Assembly: GCF_009914755.1 (NCBI RefSeq)
Contig: NC_060927.1
Source of the DNA: the human T2T-CHM13v2.0 reference genome, Homo sapiens
Length of the DNA stretch: 64,000 nucleotides
Direction: 5' to 3' (one strand)
The translations under genes were made by a program, and so were the position numbers. This document shows, in pieces, positions 18,384 to 35,370 of the stretch (positions are counted from its first letter, which is position 1; each line of letters starts with the position of its first letter). The notes beneath the pieces are model-generated. The model was given only the letters and a program-made list of their open reading frames with translations. It searched no databases and had not been told where the DNA came from.

Positions 18384-19759
18384 GTGAGTCGTGGCAACCC
18401 CAGAATCCCATCTGCGGACCCGTGTCTCGCTCCCTACACCCGTGCCAAGTCCAAGGGAGGCTTTGCGCTGGAGAGACAGATTTCCAAGTTTCACCCACGG
18501 GCTGCCCACTTCTGTTTCTTAACCCGATAGAAAAGAAGACCCACCTTGGTGGAGTCCCCCTAACAGCTCGGTGTTGATAATCACGTACATTTTTTGAAGT
18601 GTCAAGGAAAGTGGTTTCGTACATTACATTTTTTAACTGTCAAGGCAAGGCGTATTTTTGCACTCTTGCAAACATGCACCCTTTGTTTAATTTGTCAAAA
18701 GCCATCACGGTGCAAGAATGTTTTATCTAATTCTCATGTTTCACTGGAGAATTTTACCGAAACCTTAGATATGGTTGAGTTGGAAAAGTTAGATGTTTAC
18801 CAAGGACTGGCAGCCTCTCATTTAACCTCGAGTACCCCCATGCTTAGAACAGAAGGGACACTTGACCTAAGTTTATTAAAAAGAAGTTTTCTCCTTGAAA
18901 GGACTGATGCGTGGCACAGAAAAGACAGAGTGGGGGTTTCCAGATCCTCATTCTGTTTCAGGCTCGAGTGTGGTCAAAGGGTCCTCCTACAAGAAAAACA
19001 ACTTAACCTTCGACCTTCTGTTTGATACTCTCTTTCCCTACACAAAGCCTAACACGCGGAGGCTTTTCATCAGAGAGCTTTATTTTTGGCCTCAGGGTTG
19101 CTGGAACGCCCCGCAGGTTAGGGATTTGAGTTCATTTCCTTTGTTGTGGAGGGCTTTTCAACAATCCCCTTGTCTTGTAGCGAGTCTGTTTCATCTGCCC
19201 TTTCAAAACTGTTGTTTCTAACTGCCATTGCAACGTCCTTGTTTGCTGGGCTCCTTAATTTCAACCTGAAAGGAGTTGAAAAATTATTTTTGACCATAAT
19301 GACTAAATCTCTTTGGTGCCTTTACTGTAACTAAAAGACACGAAACCTCAAGAAGTAGCTGTGTCAGCCTTTGTTTCCCTTCTGTCTCAGTACAAATGGG
19401 TACTGACAAGTTTTAGGGGGAAAAAACCCCAACAATCTGTCGCTTTAAAGTACTTATAACACTTTACAGCCCTTTCTGGATGTATACAGTCTTTAAGGAT
19501 ATCTTTGTTAGGAAATTAATAGGATTTCCCCTCTTCTATACTGGAGTTTCTTGTAAGAGATTAATTAGGGTTTAACTGCAAGTTTAATATGATTGCTAAG
19601 TTTGATGGGACAACTGGTAAGATAATAATAACTGTCATCCTTAACATCGCTAACCTATTGCCAGGGACAGTGCTAACCGCAGTACATACAAATAGTCACA
19701 GTTAACACTTAACATATACAACTACATAATCCACACCATAACCTTCCCCCCCACCGCTG

Positions 19760-20089
19760 TTTTTCTTTTGGTTTTTTTTTTGTTTTTTTTTTTTTTTTGT
19801 GACAAAGTCTTCCTCTGTCGCCCAGGCTGGAGTGCCGTGCTGCGATCTCTGCTCACTGCAACCGCTGCCTCCCGGGTTCAGGCCTCCCAGATTCAAGTGA
19901 TTCTTGTGCCTCAGCCTGCCAGGTAGCTGGCAAACAGGCGTGTGCCACCATGCCCAGCTGATTTTTGTATTTTTAGTAGAGAGACGGGGTTTCACCATAT
20001 TGGCCAGGAACTCCTGAGCCCAGTGATCCATCTGCCTCAGCCTTTCCCAAAGTGCTAGGATTACAGGCGTGAGCCACCGCGCCGGGCCC
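19760..20089 (-). mobile_element. Antisense Alu in GXYLT2 intron 1
   Basis: Alu consensus. Confidence 0.85.
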
Positions 20090-20105
20090 AACCATAACCC
20101 TTTGA

Positions 20106-20290
20106 CAGTGGTTCTCAAAGTGTGGACTTCAGACCAGTGGCACAGGCATCATCTGGGAACTTGTTAGAAATGCAGATTCCTGGGCCCCACCCCAACCCTA
20201 CAGAATCAGAAGCTTTGGGGGGTCAGCAACCGTGTTTTAACACGTCCCTCCCATTGTTTCTCATGCACAACAAAGTTTGAGAACCTGCTC
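20106..20290. mobile_element. MER5A-like hAT-Charlie DNA transposon remnant
   Basis: CAGTGGTTCTCAAAGTGTGG..CTTGTTAGAAATGCAGATTC..TTTGAGAACC with inverted termini. Confidence 0.85.
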
Positions 20291-23200
20291 TGCAAAGTAA
20301 GCACCAATGGTATCCCCACTTTTCAGATGAGGAAAGTATTGCACAAGGGTTAGCAGTTTGTCCAAGGTTCACAGGTAACCTGGTAGAGAAGGATAAAGAT
20401 CCAGGCAGTGTGGGCTCAGGTTGAGCACTTACCTGCTATGCTGATGTCAGGCCATAGACTTGCCTGCAATTCGTAATTTTACTGAGATGTCTTTTAAAGA
20501 AACACTGTAGATTTTTGGATCTGTCTCATTCTTCAAGGTGTCGAGAACAGTGGCGCAGCATCTTTTTGTGTCTATCTGAACAAAGTGTCTCTGACTAGGA
20601 GGAGATCATGAACAGAATCCAAATGGATGTTTTAGGGAAGGAGTGTTTCTATTTCCAGGAGTAACAGTACCCTTGAAGCCATTTTTCTTTTGAACATATC
20701 TCTTAGATTATCGTGGAAATTATGGCCAACACCATAGGAATACAGAACAAAATTTTAAAACTGGGGAAGGAGTAAAAAACAAAAGCCACAGGAAGTCTCA
20801 GGCTCAAATGCATAAACAGTTGACATTTTCTGGGACTTATTTATTGTTTCTCTTGCTACCTCCACAGAAATGGCAACAGAAGATTCTGAAGTTGTGAGGG
20901 AGCAGGAGGAAAGATCTCTGCTCGGTCTCCTTTATTGCTTTCCTAATTCTGCTTGGGTTAAATTTTTGTGGTTTAGGAGGAATTTCATTTAGGGAGGGAA
21001 GAGAAAGCCTCGTGTTTTCAGAAAACGAGTGCTTTAATCTCTTTACATGGCTAGAATCCAGAAGAGATGAAGGCTACGTGATCTCATTTCTCTGGCCTGG
21101 GGAGGGTCAGGCTTGTGGTTGTAGTTAGCTGAGAGCCTGGAGTTGGATGTGACACAGTCCACCACCTGCTTACCATCCACAGCCTGTGCTGCCTCGCCTC
21201 CCACAGGGGGCTGCTGTAAGTGAAATTCTGCCACGTCAACGCAGGAAACATAGCACTCTCCTTCCACATCTTGTTTTCATTTCACAGAAGTTTCCAAGGA
21301 TTTGCCTCGTTAGTAGGCAGACCCTTCAATTTTGTAACTAGTCATTTGTATGCAATCTGCCCTGTGGTGGCCTCCTTCTCTATAAATATAAAGCCAAGAG
21401 GTAAGTAAGGTCTGAGCTTTTCTGTCAAGGGGGGATTTGAAAATGGACACCATTCTGGAAGCAGCAGTCCCAGTGCACAAAACAAATGAAATCTTCCTTC
21501 TATTTTGGCTTATTGGTGATTTACAGCTGGCTGACTTCCAAAAAGAGTCTAAGACAACGTATAGTAAAAGACACATATACAATAAGTCCATTGAAATGGT
21601 ATAAAAAATGAAAAGTCATAAAGAAGAGGGGTAAATAAATACTGTTTGTCAAAAATAAACAGTACCTTTGTTAGTAGGATTAAGTGTTCAATTTAAGCCT
21701 GGCAGCCATTTCAAAAAGGGAACCATGATGGGCTGCCTCATTTTCACTGAACAAGAGGAAAGGTTTATCAAGAGAGATTTTTTTTTTTCATGAAACTGAA
21801 TGATAAAATGAGAATTGTACTTGGGAACAGATTTTAGACATTAGAAGACTCTAGCTTGCTTCTGAAAACTCCTCCTTGAGCCTACATACAGAAAAGGAAG
21901 GTTAACTGCTAATCAGTGCAATATTGAAAAGAATTTGGCATGTGGAGTCCAGCAAATTGGGTTCTAGTCCAAAGCCATTTCACCTTATTTTCTTCATCTG
22001 TGAAATGAGCAAGTTAATCCAAAAGTTGTCTAAGATATCTTCCAGCTCAGACATTTGATGATCCTATGATGAGATCATCAAGTTTAGCAGCAAAATCCCA
22101 ACAATGGTTATTGCATGGCCCTTTGTGCTAACTCTTGCAAAATCACTGTTTCTCATTTATGGGCTCCATCCTAGCGCTCTTACTGATTACTCAACCGCAA
22201 CCCTGTCCTGAACTTTATTCTTTTTTTCTGTGTTGGCCTGGATATTGTTGTTTCTCTTAAAATATGGCTTCTAAGGGAGACTTAAGATACCTCTAAGCCC
22301 TGTAGTTTTCCTCTGCCATTTTATTCCATAGTCATTCAGCAAACGTGATTGCACATTTACTCTGCCAGGCACTCCTGGTACAATGGTGAATGGAGTTGCT
22401 GCCCTCCCAGAATTTGAGGGAAAGGAGACAATACAGAAACACATTACACTTGGCAGCCTCCCCAGCTGCTCCAATGAAAGGAAGCATGTGTCTCATCAAG
22501 AGGCACCATTTCCTGCAGTTCCCTTTAGTGTCTGAGATAAGTCTTCTCAGAGTGTTCAAACCTGAATAAAGGTCTCGCTAAAAAGAGATGGTGTTCTGTA
22601 GCAAAATGCTTCATCTATGGCCATCCTATAATTAGCTAATAGCCCCAGAGCACATTAAAGGTGTCTGGATCTTGAGTACCATCTATGATATTATGTAGTG
22701 TGAGTCTTGATTCTATCCACAATTCATTTTTGTTGATTGGTCCATGAATCCCCTCGATCACCCTCCACACCTACTCAGTCAGTAAGCCCTATTGGTTCTG
22801 TCTCAAAAATATGTCCCCAGTTCCACCATTTCCACTCCATAGTTACTTACTGAGCTCCTAACCACCATCATTCCCTAGCTGGACACCTGCAGGTGCCTAC
22901 TCTCTGGTTTGTGTGGGTCCACTCTAGCGCCCTCTACAGTCCATTTTCCTTACGGCCGCTTCAATAATCTGATAGGTAGACCAGATGGGGTCCACCTATT
23001 TGCTGGTTAAAGCCCTCCAGTGACTGACTTCCTGTCACACTAAGAATAACTTTAAGTTTCCCAGTGTGGCCTTTGAGCCCTTGCCTGATCTCAACTCCAT
23101 TTAGTTTTCTGGCCTCCTCTCCTACCACTCTCCATTCACTTGCTCTGCTTCAGCCACACTGGGCTTCAAATACACCAAGCCCATTCCTGCTTCAGCAGCA

Positions 23201-24394
23201 TGCATCTCTCTGTGCTGGAATGTTTGTGCACATCCTAACACGGCTAACTCCTCCATTTTTTTCAGGACTATGCTCAAATGTTTTCTCCTGAGAGGGGTCC
23301 TGCTAGCCGCTCGAGTACTCCTCTCCATCACTCTCTTCTTCCTTACCCTGTGTAGTCTTTTGTTTTTCACAGCACTCATTGTGTGAATATTGTATGTTAT
23401 TTGCTCCTGCCCCCTCATGTACACTTAACAGTGATCTCCTTAAATCACTGTTTCACTAACTCCTAAAACAGAGATAGATGATCTCATAGCAGATATTCAA
23501 TAAATACTTGTTGAATGAACTAATGAATGGGTGCAGGACCTGCCTGTGCCAGCCGTGTTCCAAGATTTACTTATAGTATTAAGTTCCTTATTATCTAATA
23601 ATATTCAAAATAGTCCCATACCCTTTCGAAGAATAGTGAGGGTCTTTAATAGTAACACCATTAAAAGAGAGGAATGTTTTTCCTTTTAAATAGGTTTTAT
23701 TTTTTATTACTTTTATTATTTGGGTTTTTTTTTTTGAGATAGTGTCTCACTGTGTCACCCCAAGGGAGTGTCTAAGCCCACCATCATGATCCATGCCTTT
23801 CATAGTGTGAGCTTCTTGTATCCAGTACTAAGCCTGTCAATACATTCATTTCTCTGCCAACAGCTATTGGTCCACAGGTATGTCATATGACCCAAACTGG
23901 CCCAATCAGCCAGAAGGAAAGAACTTATTTTACATTATTAAACAAAAGACTCCATCTTCTAGATACAACCAAGGAAATAAATAGCCCCAGCTGCCACCAT
24001 ATTCATAAGGGAATCGCCTTTAGGATGAAGCCATCTGTTTGGGCAGTAGAAAAAGAAAATACAGGTCCTTGAGGACACTGCTGAGTCCCAGAATCAAGGC
24101 ATCCTGAGGTCTAACGTTTCTTGGGCCCTGTGTTGGAGTTGAGGGTTCTGTTACTGCATCCAAAATCATCTTAGCTGAACTAGATGGTTCTTTTAAATCA
24201 AAATCTTGGGACTATTGATGGAGAGAAAGGGGAATAGTTGGGTGGGGGCACCCAGGAAGTGAGCATCCACCACACCCTAGAGCAGCCGTTATGTGCACTT
24301 GACTTTATCAAAACCTGCGGGTGACTTACCAGAGGTAGGTTCCTGAGCAAAATCAGACTTTTCTTAAGGATTTTTAAAAATTGGGATCAGAGAC

Positions 24395-24931
24395 TATATG
24401 GTAAATGTACCTGATAGCAATAGCTTGAGCATACCCTTAGAATGACCCTGCATGCCAGCCGCACCTGAATGTGTGTTCCAACCTAGGGAATCCTGGAGTG
24501 GCCAACCCAGAGAGTCAGTCTTACATTCAGTGAGGAACATCTGAGCCCTCGTCCTGCCCCGTGGAACACGGGCTATACAGGGGATTAAGGCCTTGAGTTT
24601 TGGGTTGCATGAAGATTGCCAGGTGGAGGTTGTTGAGGGGAGGATGGCAAGTGAAAACGCTATAATATGTAAACTGCACACCTTTTGCAAACAATTGTGG
24701 TTCTTCTGCCCAGCCCTTCCCCACTGGGCTGTGCAGTCATCTTGTCCAACCCACTGCCACTGGACTGTATGTAAGGCGGTCCTCCTGCCCAGCCCATTGC
24801 CACTGGACTCTCTCCCCTGTATGGAAGCCCCCAGTAAAACGCCAGGTCTCGTTTGCTGGCTCTGGGTCTTTTCTTCAGCCTCTTGAACCTGGTGCTTTCC
24901 CCATTGAGGTTAATAGGGGTTTGGCACAACA
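24395..24931 (+). mobile_element. Solo ERV LTR (LTR47-like)
   Basis: ACCTGATAGCAATAGCTTGAGCATACCCTTAGAATGACCC.. with a TATA-like CTATAATA, AGTAAA signal and ..CACAACA end. Family from memory. Confidence 0.65.
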
Positions 24932-26167
24932 GAGGGCTAAGGGAACAGCGTAAGGGCAAACTGTTTCTAGTGGCTGAAGCTTTACATTATGCAACTCAGG
25001 GATTGCAACTGTATTTCTGCCAGTGGAGAAGGCTGTTCTGCAATAGGAGCTCATGAAAACCAAGATGATATGGAGAGATGAGAAGTGACGCAGAGCAACC
25101 CAGATGGGGTAGGGCGGAGTGGGGTCAGGTGGGCTGGTGGCGGGGTTGGGGGGCAGCTCCCAACACTGTTCCCAAGGCCAGCTTCTTGCCTTTCACTGGC
25201 TGTGCTGTCTCAACCTTTTCTAGATTCTGTGATGTAATGAGTTCCCCTTTTTTTCTTAATCTAGTTTGACTTGCATTTGTTACTTGCTACCAGAGAGTCC
25301 TGACTAATTTGAATATGTAGCACCTGCTTTTAACACCTTTACTAAATTCAGTAAATATTGGCCATATTGACACGGTTCCTTTTAAAACTCACAGGTGAGA
25401 GTCTTTGGAAGAGAATTTGAGAACAGATTTGTTTTCCTTAGGAATACTTCATTTATAATTCACTGTAAAGAAAAAAAAGACAAAATTTTATGTTGTATGT
25501 ATTTTAGCACAATTTTACAAATAATAAAAAGAAAAGAGACTTCTGTTGAAGATAGAATTCATTTATTCATTTTATGTTTCCCTTAAATATTCCCCAGCAT
25601 TTATTTCAAATTATGAAGTTCCGAAAACTCCTCTTGGAAAAAGAAGTTTTTTGACATGATACCTTCATTGGGAGTTGCTGATTTTGTGCCAGAAAAGAGT
25701 AACCTTGATATATTTCAAGTGACTTTTAGATGATCCCCCATCTCTTTTAGCAACATGAGAGACTGTAATCTCATATGGTACAATTTATAATCCAAGCTTT
25801 ACATAAGACAATAGAGAATACATAATCCAAAATATGGCTCTCTTTTATGAGTCAGAAAACTGAGATCCGAGAGGTGAAATAATAATGTACATAAAGCACC
25901 TAGCACAGTAGATTAGCTCATAGGAGTCACCAAATGATTTGCTGTTCTGGGTACTATTATTATCCATCATTGCATTAGGAATTGAGCCATAACTAGACCC
26001 AGCTAAGTACCCGCGTGACTTTGAACAAGTCGGTCCTCAGCAAATTGTGGCTTTCTCAGAAATAAGCTCAGTGACAAAATGAGACAATGCAGGTAAAGTG
26101 CTGACACCGAACATGCCACACCAGAAACTCCCAGCAAGTGTTAGCAAGGGCTAAGCTACAGATTCAA

Positions 26168-26742
26168 GGCTGGGCCTGGTGGCTCATGCCTGTAATCCCA
26201 GCACTTTGGGAGGCTGAGGCAGGAGGATTGGTTGAGCCCAGGAGTTAGAGACCACCCTAGGCAATATAGTGAGACACCCATCTCTATTTCAGTTTTATAT
26301 CTTTTAAAAAAGATGCAGATTCAAGCAGCCTTTTCTTGTGGGGGTAGGTATGACTTGAGGAAACTGAGACTCAGCTTCTATATATAATAAAGGATACACC
26401 AATCTCAGTCTCCTGGTACTCATTAAAAGCTGAAGGAGTGTGGCCAGGCGCGGTGGCTTAAGACTGTAATCCCAGCACTTTGGGAGGCTGAGGCGGGCAG
26501 ATCGCTTGAGATCAGGAGTTCGAGACCATCCTGGCCAATATGGTGAAACCTGGTCTCTACCAAAAATACAAAAATTAGCCGGGCATGGTGGCAGGTGCCT
26601 GTAATCCCAGCTACTCTGGAGGCTGAGGCAAGAGATATTGCTTGAACCCGGGAGGCAGAGGTTGCAGTGAGCCGAGATAGCGCCACTGCACTCCAGCCTG
26701 AGTGACAGAGTGAGACCTTGTCTCACATTAAAAAAAAAAAAA
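26168..26742 (+). mobile_element. FLAM (~26168-26290) and AluS (~26442-26742)
   Basis: Alu consensus. Confidence 0.85.
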
Positions 26743-27744
26743 TGTTTACTAGCAGTTCAAATCCGTTTTGTAGTAAGGTAGAATGTTGACACATAAAATA
26801 ACATGCTTTTTGCTGCCCTGCCTAGCCTGGTTTTGGCATGGATATAACATATTTAGAGAAAAATGAAGGCTTTTGATGAATGTCATGTTAATAGTAATAA
26901 TGATGATGATAACTAATATTGAATGATGACTTAAAATATGCCACGTACCTTATTAAGCACTTCACTGCATTATTTCACTTAATCTTCATAATAACCTAGG
27001 AGGTAGGAACTCATATTGGATAGGGCAGAACTCTTTCAGTTGCACGTGATAGAATACCAGCTCATCTGTTTGTATCACTTAGTCATAAAAGGGGTTTTAA
27101 CTGGCTCATAAAACTGGAAAGTGCAAAGAGATAAAGCTTCAGTCGCAAGTGAAGCCAGGATTTCTAACAATCTTGCCTCCTTTTAGCTCTGCTTCCTTCT
27201 GTGTGGGTGACACTCTCAGGTAAATTTTCTCCATGTAACAATTCCCAATAGGTCTGGGTGTGCAACCTCCTCTTCTGGTAGCCCCTAAGGGAAAAATTCC
27301 ATCCAGCAAAAGTCCCAGGGCTGCCTCTGTTGACCTCACTTGAATAACATGTGTTTCCAATCACCGATGGCTACAAGTGAAATGTGCTTACAGCTGGTGG
27401 GGTGAGGGGCAGCTCATTCATCCCCTCCAAGCCTCATGGACTGAGAACAGAAAAAGAGTGGTGTCCCCAAAATAAAATTAAGATGCTTTTACCAAAAAGT
27501 CCTAAAAATGGATGCCAGTAAGAAACCCCAAAACCCAAAGCAGATGTCCATTATCAGTGGTATGCCCATTTTACAGATGAGGAAACTGAGGGCTAAAGGT
27601 GGTTAAAGCACTTGCCCAAGATAGGACAGTCAAGTGGCAGGCCTAGAATTTGAAGCCAGGTCCATGTGCTTTTACAGCAAAATTGCTAACCACCATGCTG
27701 TAGCTGAGAACAAATCTCACAATTTGAACCATTTGATAGCTTTC

Positions 27745-27788
27745 TAGAACCTCTCTAGTTTTTTGTTAGAACCTCTCTAGTTTTTTGT
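27745..27788. repeat. Perfect 22-bp tandem duplication TAGAACCTCTCTAGTTTTTTGT x2
   Basis: Read directly. Confidence 0.95.
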
Positions 27789-28466
27789 AATTGTTCAGAT
27801 TTGTAAGGAAAAAAGCAAGGTATGAAAATTATCCTACTTCAAGTTTAAAAGTTTTTATATATTTACATATTTATATACACACACCCACATATATTGGGTA
27901 TAACTCTGGAAGACAGTATACCAAAATTTTAACAGTAGTTATGAAATTGGAATTGAGTGCCCCTCATTTTTGCTAGTGGTATTTAAAATTTTTTCTATGA
28001 TATATGCACTACTTGTATATGCATTAAGCAATTTAAAGTATATAAATTACCATAAAAATTAAAAATCCCTTGATGGCCTGAGGCTTAGGAAGCTGGAAAT
28101 TAGTTGGGGAGACCATTTTTCTTCGTTTCCCCCCTCTAAGCTTTAAAGTCTTTCATGTTCTTTTTCAGGAAATGAGACAGAAATGCCCCTTTGTGAAATA
28201 TGTAATCCTCATCTAATTCTTCTCCCTCGTATGTCAACAGCCATTTATTTCAAACTAGCGCTGCAGATTCATATTTTAAAATCTCAATAACATGTTAATT
28301 TGGAAAGAAGAAGGAGATGGAGAAATAGAATCTCCTATATGTCAGGAACAATCATAAGGGAAAAAATGAAATGAGAATAGTCCAGGTGCCTTCATAGAAT
28401 TCTGGAGGGGGAATAAATCAACACAAATGTGAATAACCTCTGCGAATGGCAGATGGGGTGGGTTAG

Positions 28467-28954
<488 letters not shown>

Positions 28955-30215
28955 TAAAGATTAAAGGCATGGCCTCTTAAGTCCCCCTCTCTGGGTTTGA
29001 ATCCTTGCTGTGACACTTACTAGTTTTAAAGCTTATGTATGTGCACGATGATGTCTAAAAGCAAACACACACACGTATACACATAGCTGTAATTACCAAC
29101 TTTAGGCTCTGAACACCTCCCATGCGTTAGACCTAGACTTTGTTTAAGAATACAGCCTCATTTCAGATATCATGAGCCAAGCTAAATATGTACTATTAAT
29201 AACTAAATGCATTTATCAAATAATGTCATGAAGCCCCCTTCATGGAGTTTTTTGGCACTCTCTTGGCATTATTCATGTAACACCATGACTTCAAGGCAAA
29301 TGCCAGCTCTTCTATCTTGAAAGATTTATGATATTTGATTTAACTCGAAACCATGGGTCATTAAAAGTGATTTAACTGTTAGCAAAGTCCTTAGTGTCAT
29401 GTGTGGGTTCTGAGCGAAGAGTCTAATCATGACGTCAAGGGAGAAAATTTTTGTCGGGATTCATGCTTTCCAAAGCCTGTGGTTTGCAGGGAACTTTAGT
29501 AGTAACTCTCAACTGCCAACACTTGACATGGCTATAATTATCCATCGCCGGACTCTTCTTCTAGGGGCCATATCAAGGTGTTGTTTCTGCTTCCTGAACT
29601 GCCACTCTCTCCTCATTTGCAGACTTTCTCCTTGTTAAAATAGCAAAAACGGTTTCATCTTGCAAAATACTCCACTAGGGAGGGGGACATCACTAATCTA
29701 TTCTTCCCATAAGGTGAGGGTATTCAGCTTCTTAAAATTCATCTTCTACCATTTTTCCCCCACATATTTCTGTTTCCTTCTGTAAGTAAAACTAGTGGCC
29801 AACAGCATGGGTTAGGGCTGTATTTGAAAGAAGTGCGATTTTCCATCCAACTTACCCTGCTAGTCTGTATGGCAGCCTCAGGTTCACCTGAGTTAATTTA
29901 GCTTGACAGTTCAGGAGAAGCGCTGATAAGAGAAGTAGCAGGAGATGGCAGAAAAGAGGGTCTGAGTAGAACCAATTACTCACTTTAATAATTCAGTGTG
30001 TTTTGCAGTAATAGGCTACAAAGTAAATAGCACTACACATAAATGCCGTATTTCATTATTTATACACTCCAGAAATTGAAGTTTAATTAAGTCGCACGTT
30101 TGAGACTTTTAAGCGATTAAGGAGACGCTTGTCTCAGGCACCCTGGAGAGGAAGCATGGAAGTTGCTTCTCCCTCCTAGGCTTCTGTGTTATTCTGAATA
30201 TCATTTTTCATTTGA

Positions 30216-32910
<2,695 letters not shown>

Positions 32911-34617
32911 AATAGGAAAATATTAAAATTCTTAAAAAGCATCAAGCTGAGACTTTATTGTTGTTGGTGTTGTTGAAAAAGCACTGAAAATGGAATAGCT
33001 TTCTCCCTGTGTGACTCAGTGTTATTTGCTGCATTGGAGTCTCAATGTTTACTAGCACCTATGCATCACCCCATTGGAATACATGGAATTAGGAGGCAGT
33101 AGGTCTTACGCAAGACCATTTCCACTTACATAATACAAGTAATCCAGAGATGGCTAGGGTAGTGTTTGTTACGCTTTTTGTTTTCTTCTCATAGTCTGAT
33201 GCTTTCCTTTAGAACTTGGGTAAACTTGAGAAACTATCAAAATTGCTACTTTCTTGAAAGGATCATAGATATTAACCCAGTAATTCCATTTCTGGGAATG
33301 TAAGTCTTAAGGAAAGGAGGAGAGGTGAGATTTGAGCTCAGATCCCTGGTTCCTGACCATAGCTGAACTATGGGTGGTGTGTAGTACAAGTGTGTTAATA
33401 TGCAGACTCCAGGGCCTCACCCAAGACCCATGGAATCAGAATCTCTGTGAGTTGGGAGTCTGCAAAATAACAAACACTGCAGATGATTATGATGCATGGC
33501 CAGGTAGGGAATCCCCTGCCCTACATGGTGTTTGGCATCTCTTCCAGCCACAAAACTGGAAGAATGGTCAGGATTTGGGTAAGGGTCATAGCAGTGAGCA
33601 ACAAGGAGGGAATGGGTTCAGTGGGCATTTCAAAGGATAAATCAGGTGAATATGAGCGAGGCAGGAAGAGTCAAAGTTGATTGGGAACATCTTTTTAGGA
33701 CCTTCGTTACGACTCTTATTTTGATTGCTAAGTTGTAAGTTTGTTTCAAATTGGTTTAAGCAAAAGGGAGTTTATTGGCTTAATAACTAAACTACCTAAG
33801 ATTAGGGTCAGATGCACCTAGATCCAGGTGGTATCACCAGAGATCTGCCCTGCCATCATCTGACTCTGCTTTTCCACTGTGATAAGCTGACTCCTGTTCA
33901 GGCTGTACCAGCATGGTTACCAGGATCGTTGCCATCAGCCCCTGCCTTAGCAACAGGTCCTTAAAATTCCTGGACAGCAAATGTTCACTCCAGTCCCCTT
34001 TTATAAAGTAAAAATAAGAACGTTATTAACCATCAGTCACAGCAGTGCTAGAATTCCCTATCACCCATTCCCTGCCCAATCCTAGTCATTCAAGGGGTTA
34101 AGAAGTCCTAGGTCCCTAGACTGCACTCCTCCCCTGGATCCTCACAATCTTGATTGACATTTGAGAGTGCCATCAGTAGGAGCTGGTGAAAGGCACACCG
34201 TGCCAGTGCCCTTAAACTTTATTATGCATTGTGACTGCACAGCACTAACACTGATTACCTAAAGCCTGAGATTTTTCATGTAATGTGAGAAGTAATAGGG
34301 TGAGGCCAGCAAAGGTCTCATTAAATCCCAACCACTGATACTTGAACTGGCACCAGGAGAGGTTTTATTTTTCTTTAGTACCTGTCACCAGACACTGTGA
34401 ATGATTGTCGTCCCTAGCCCCTGCTTTTTGTACTGTGCAGACCCAAATCACTGAAGCCTGCAAAGAAGAGAAGAGGTGGCCTGCTGTCTTGCAGAACAGT
34501 GCATGCTTTTTTTTTAATTAAAAAAAAAAAAAGTCAAATGGTTTGGGGCCACAAAAAATATAGATAATAACAAAATGAAGTGCCCACCACTTGGCTTAAG
34601 GAATAAGATTTTAATCA

Positions 34618-35370
<753 letters not shown>

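Larger units (their letters stand above)
17815..18445 (+). promoter_or_regulatory. CpG island / GXYLT2 promoter and 5'UTR
   Basis: Very GC- and CpG-rich block in CpG-poor surroundings. GC boxes (GGGCGG) at ~17836-17853 and ~17999-18008, pyrimidine tract ~17903-17945, GCC repeats upstream of the ATG, no TATA box. Confidence 0.92.

Noticed and set aside
17682-18624. Long antisense ORFs (275, 227, 195 aa) over the promoter
   Set aside because: Low-complexity Gly/Arg/Ala products expected from stop-codon scarcity in a CpG island; no recognisable domain.
29661-29690. CTCF-like CCACTAGGGAGG
   Set aside because: Lacks the conserved GGC end of the core motif.
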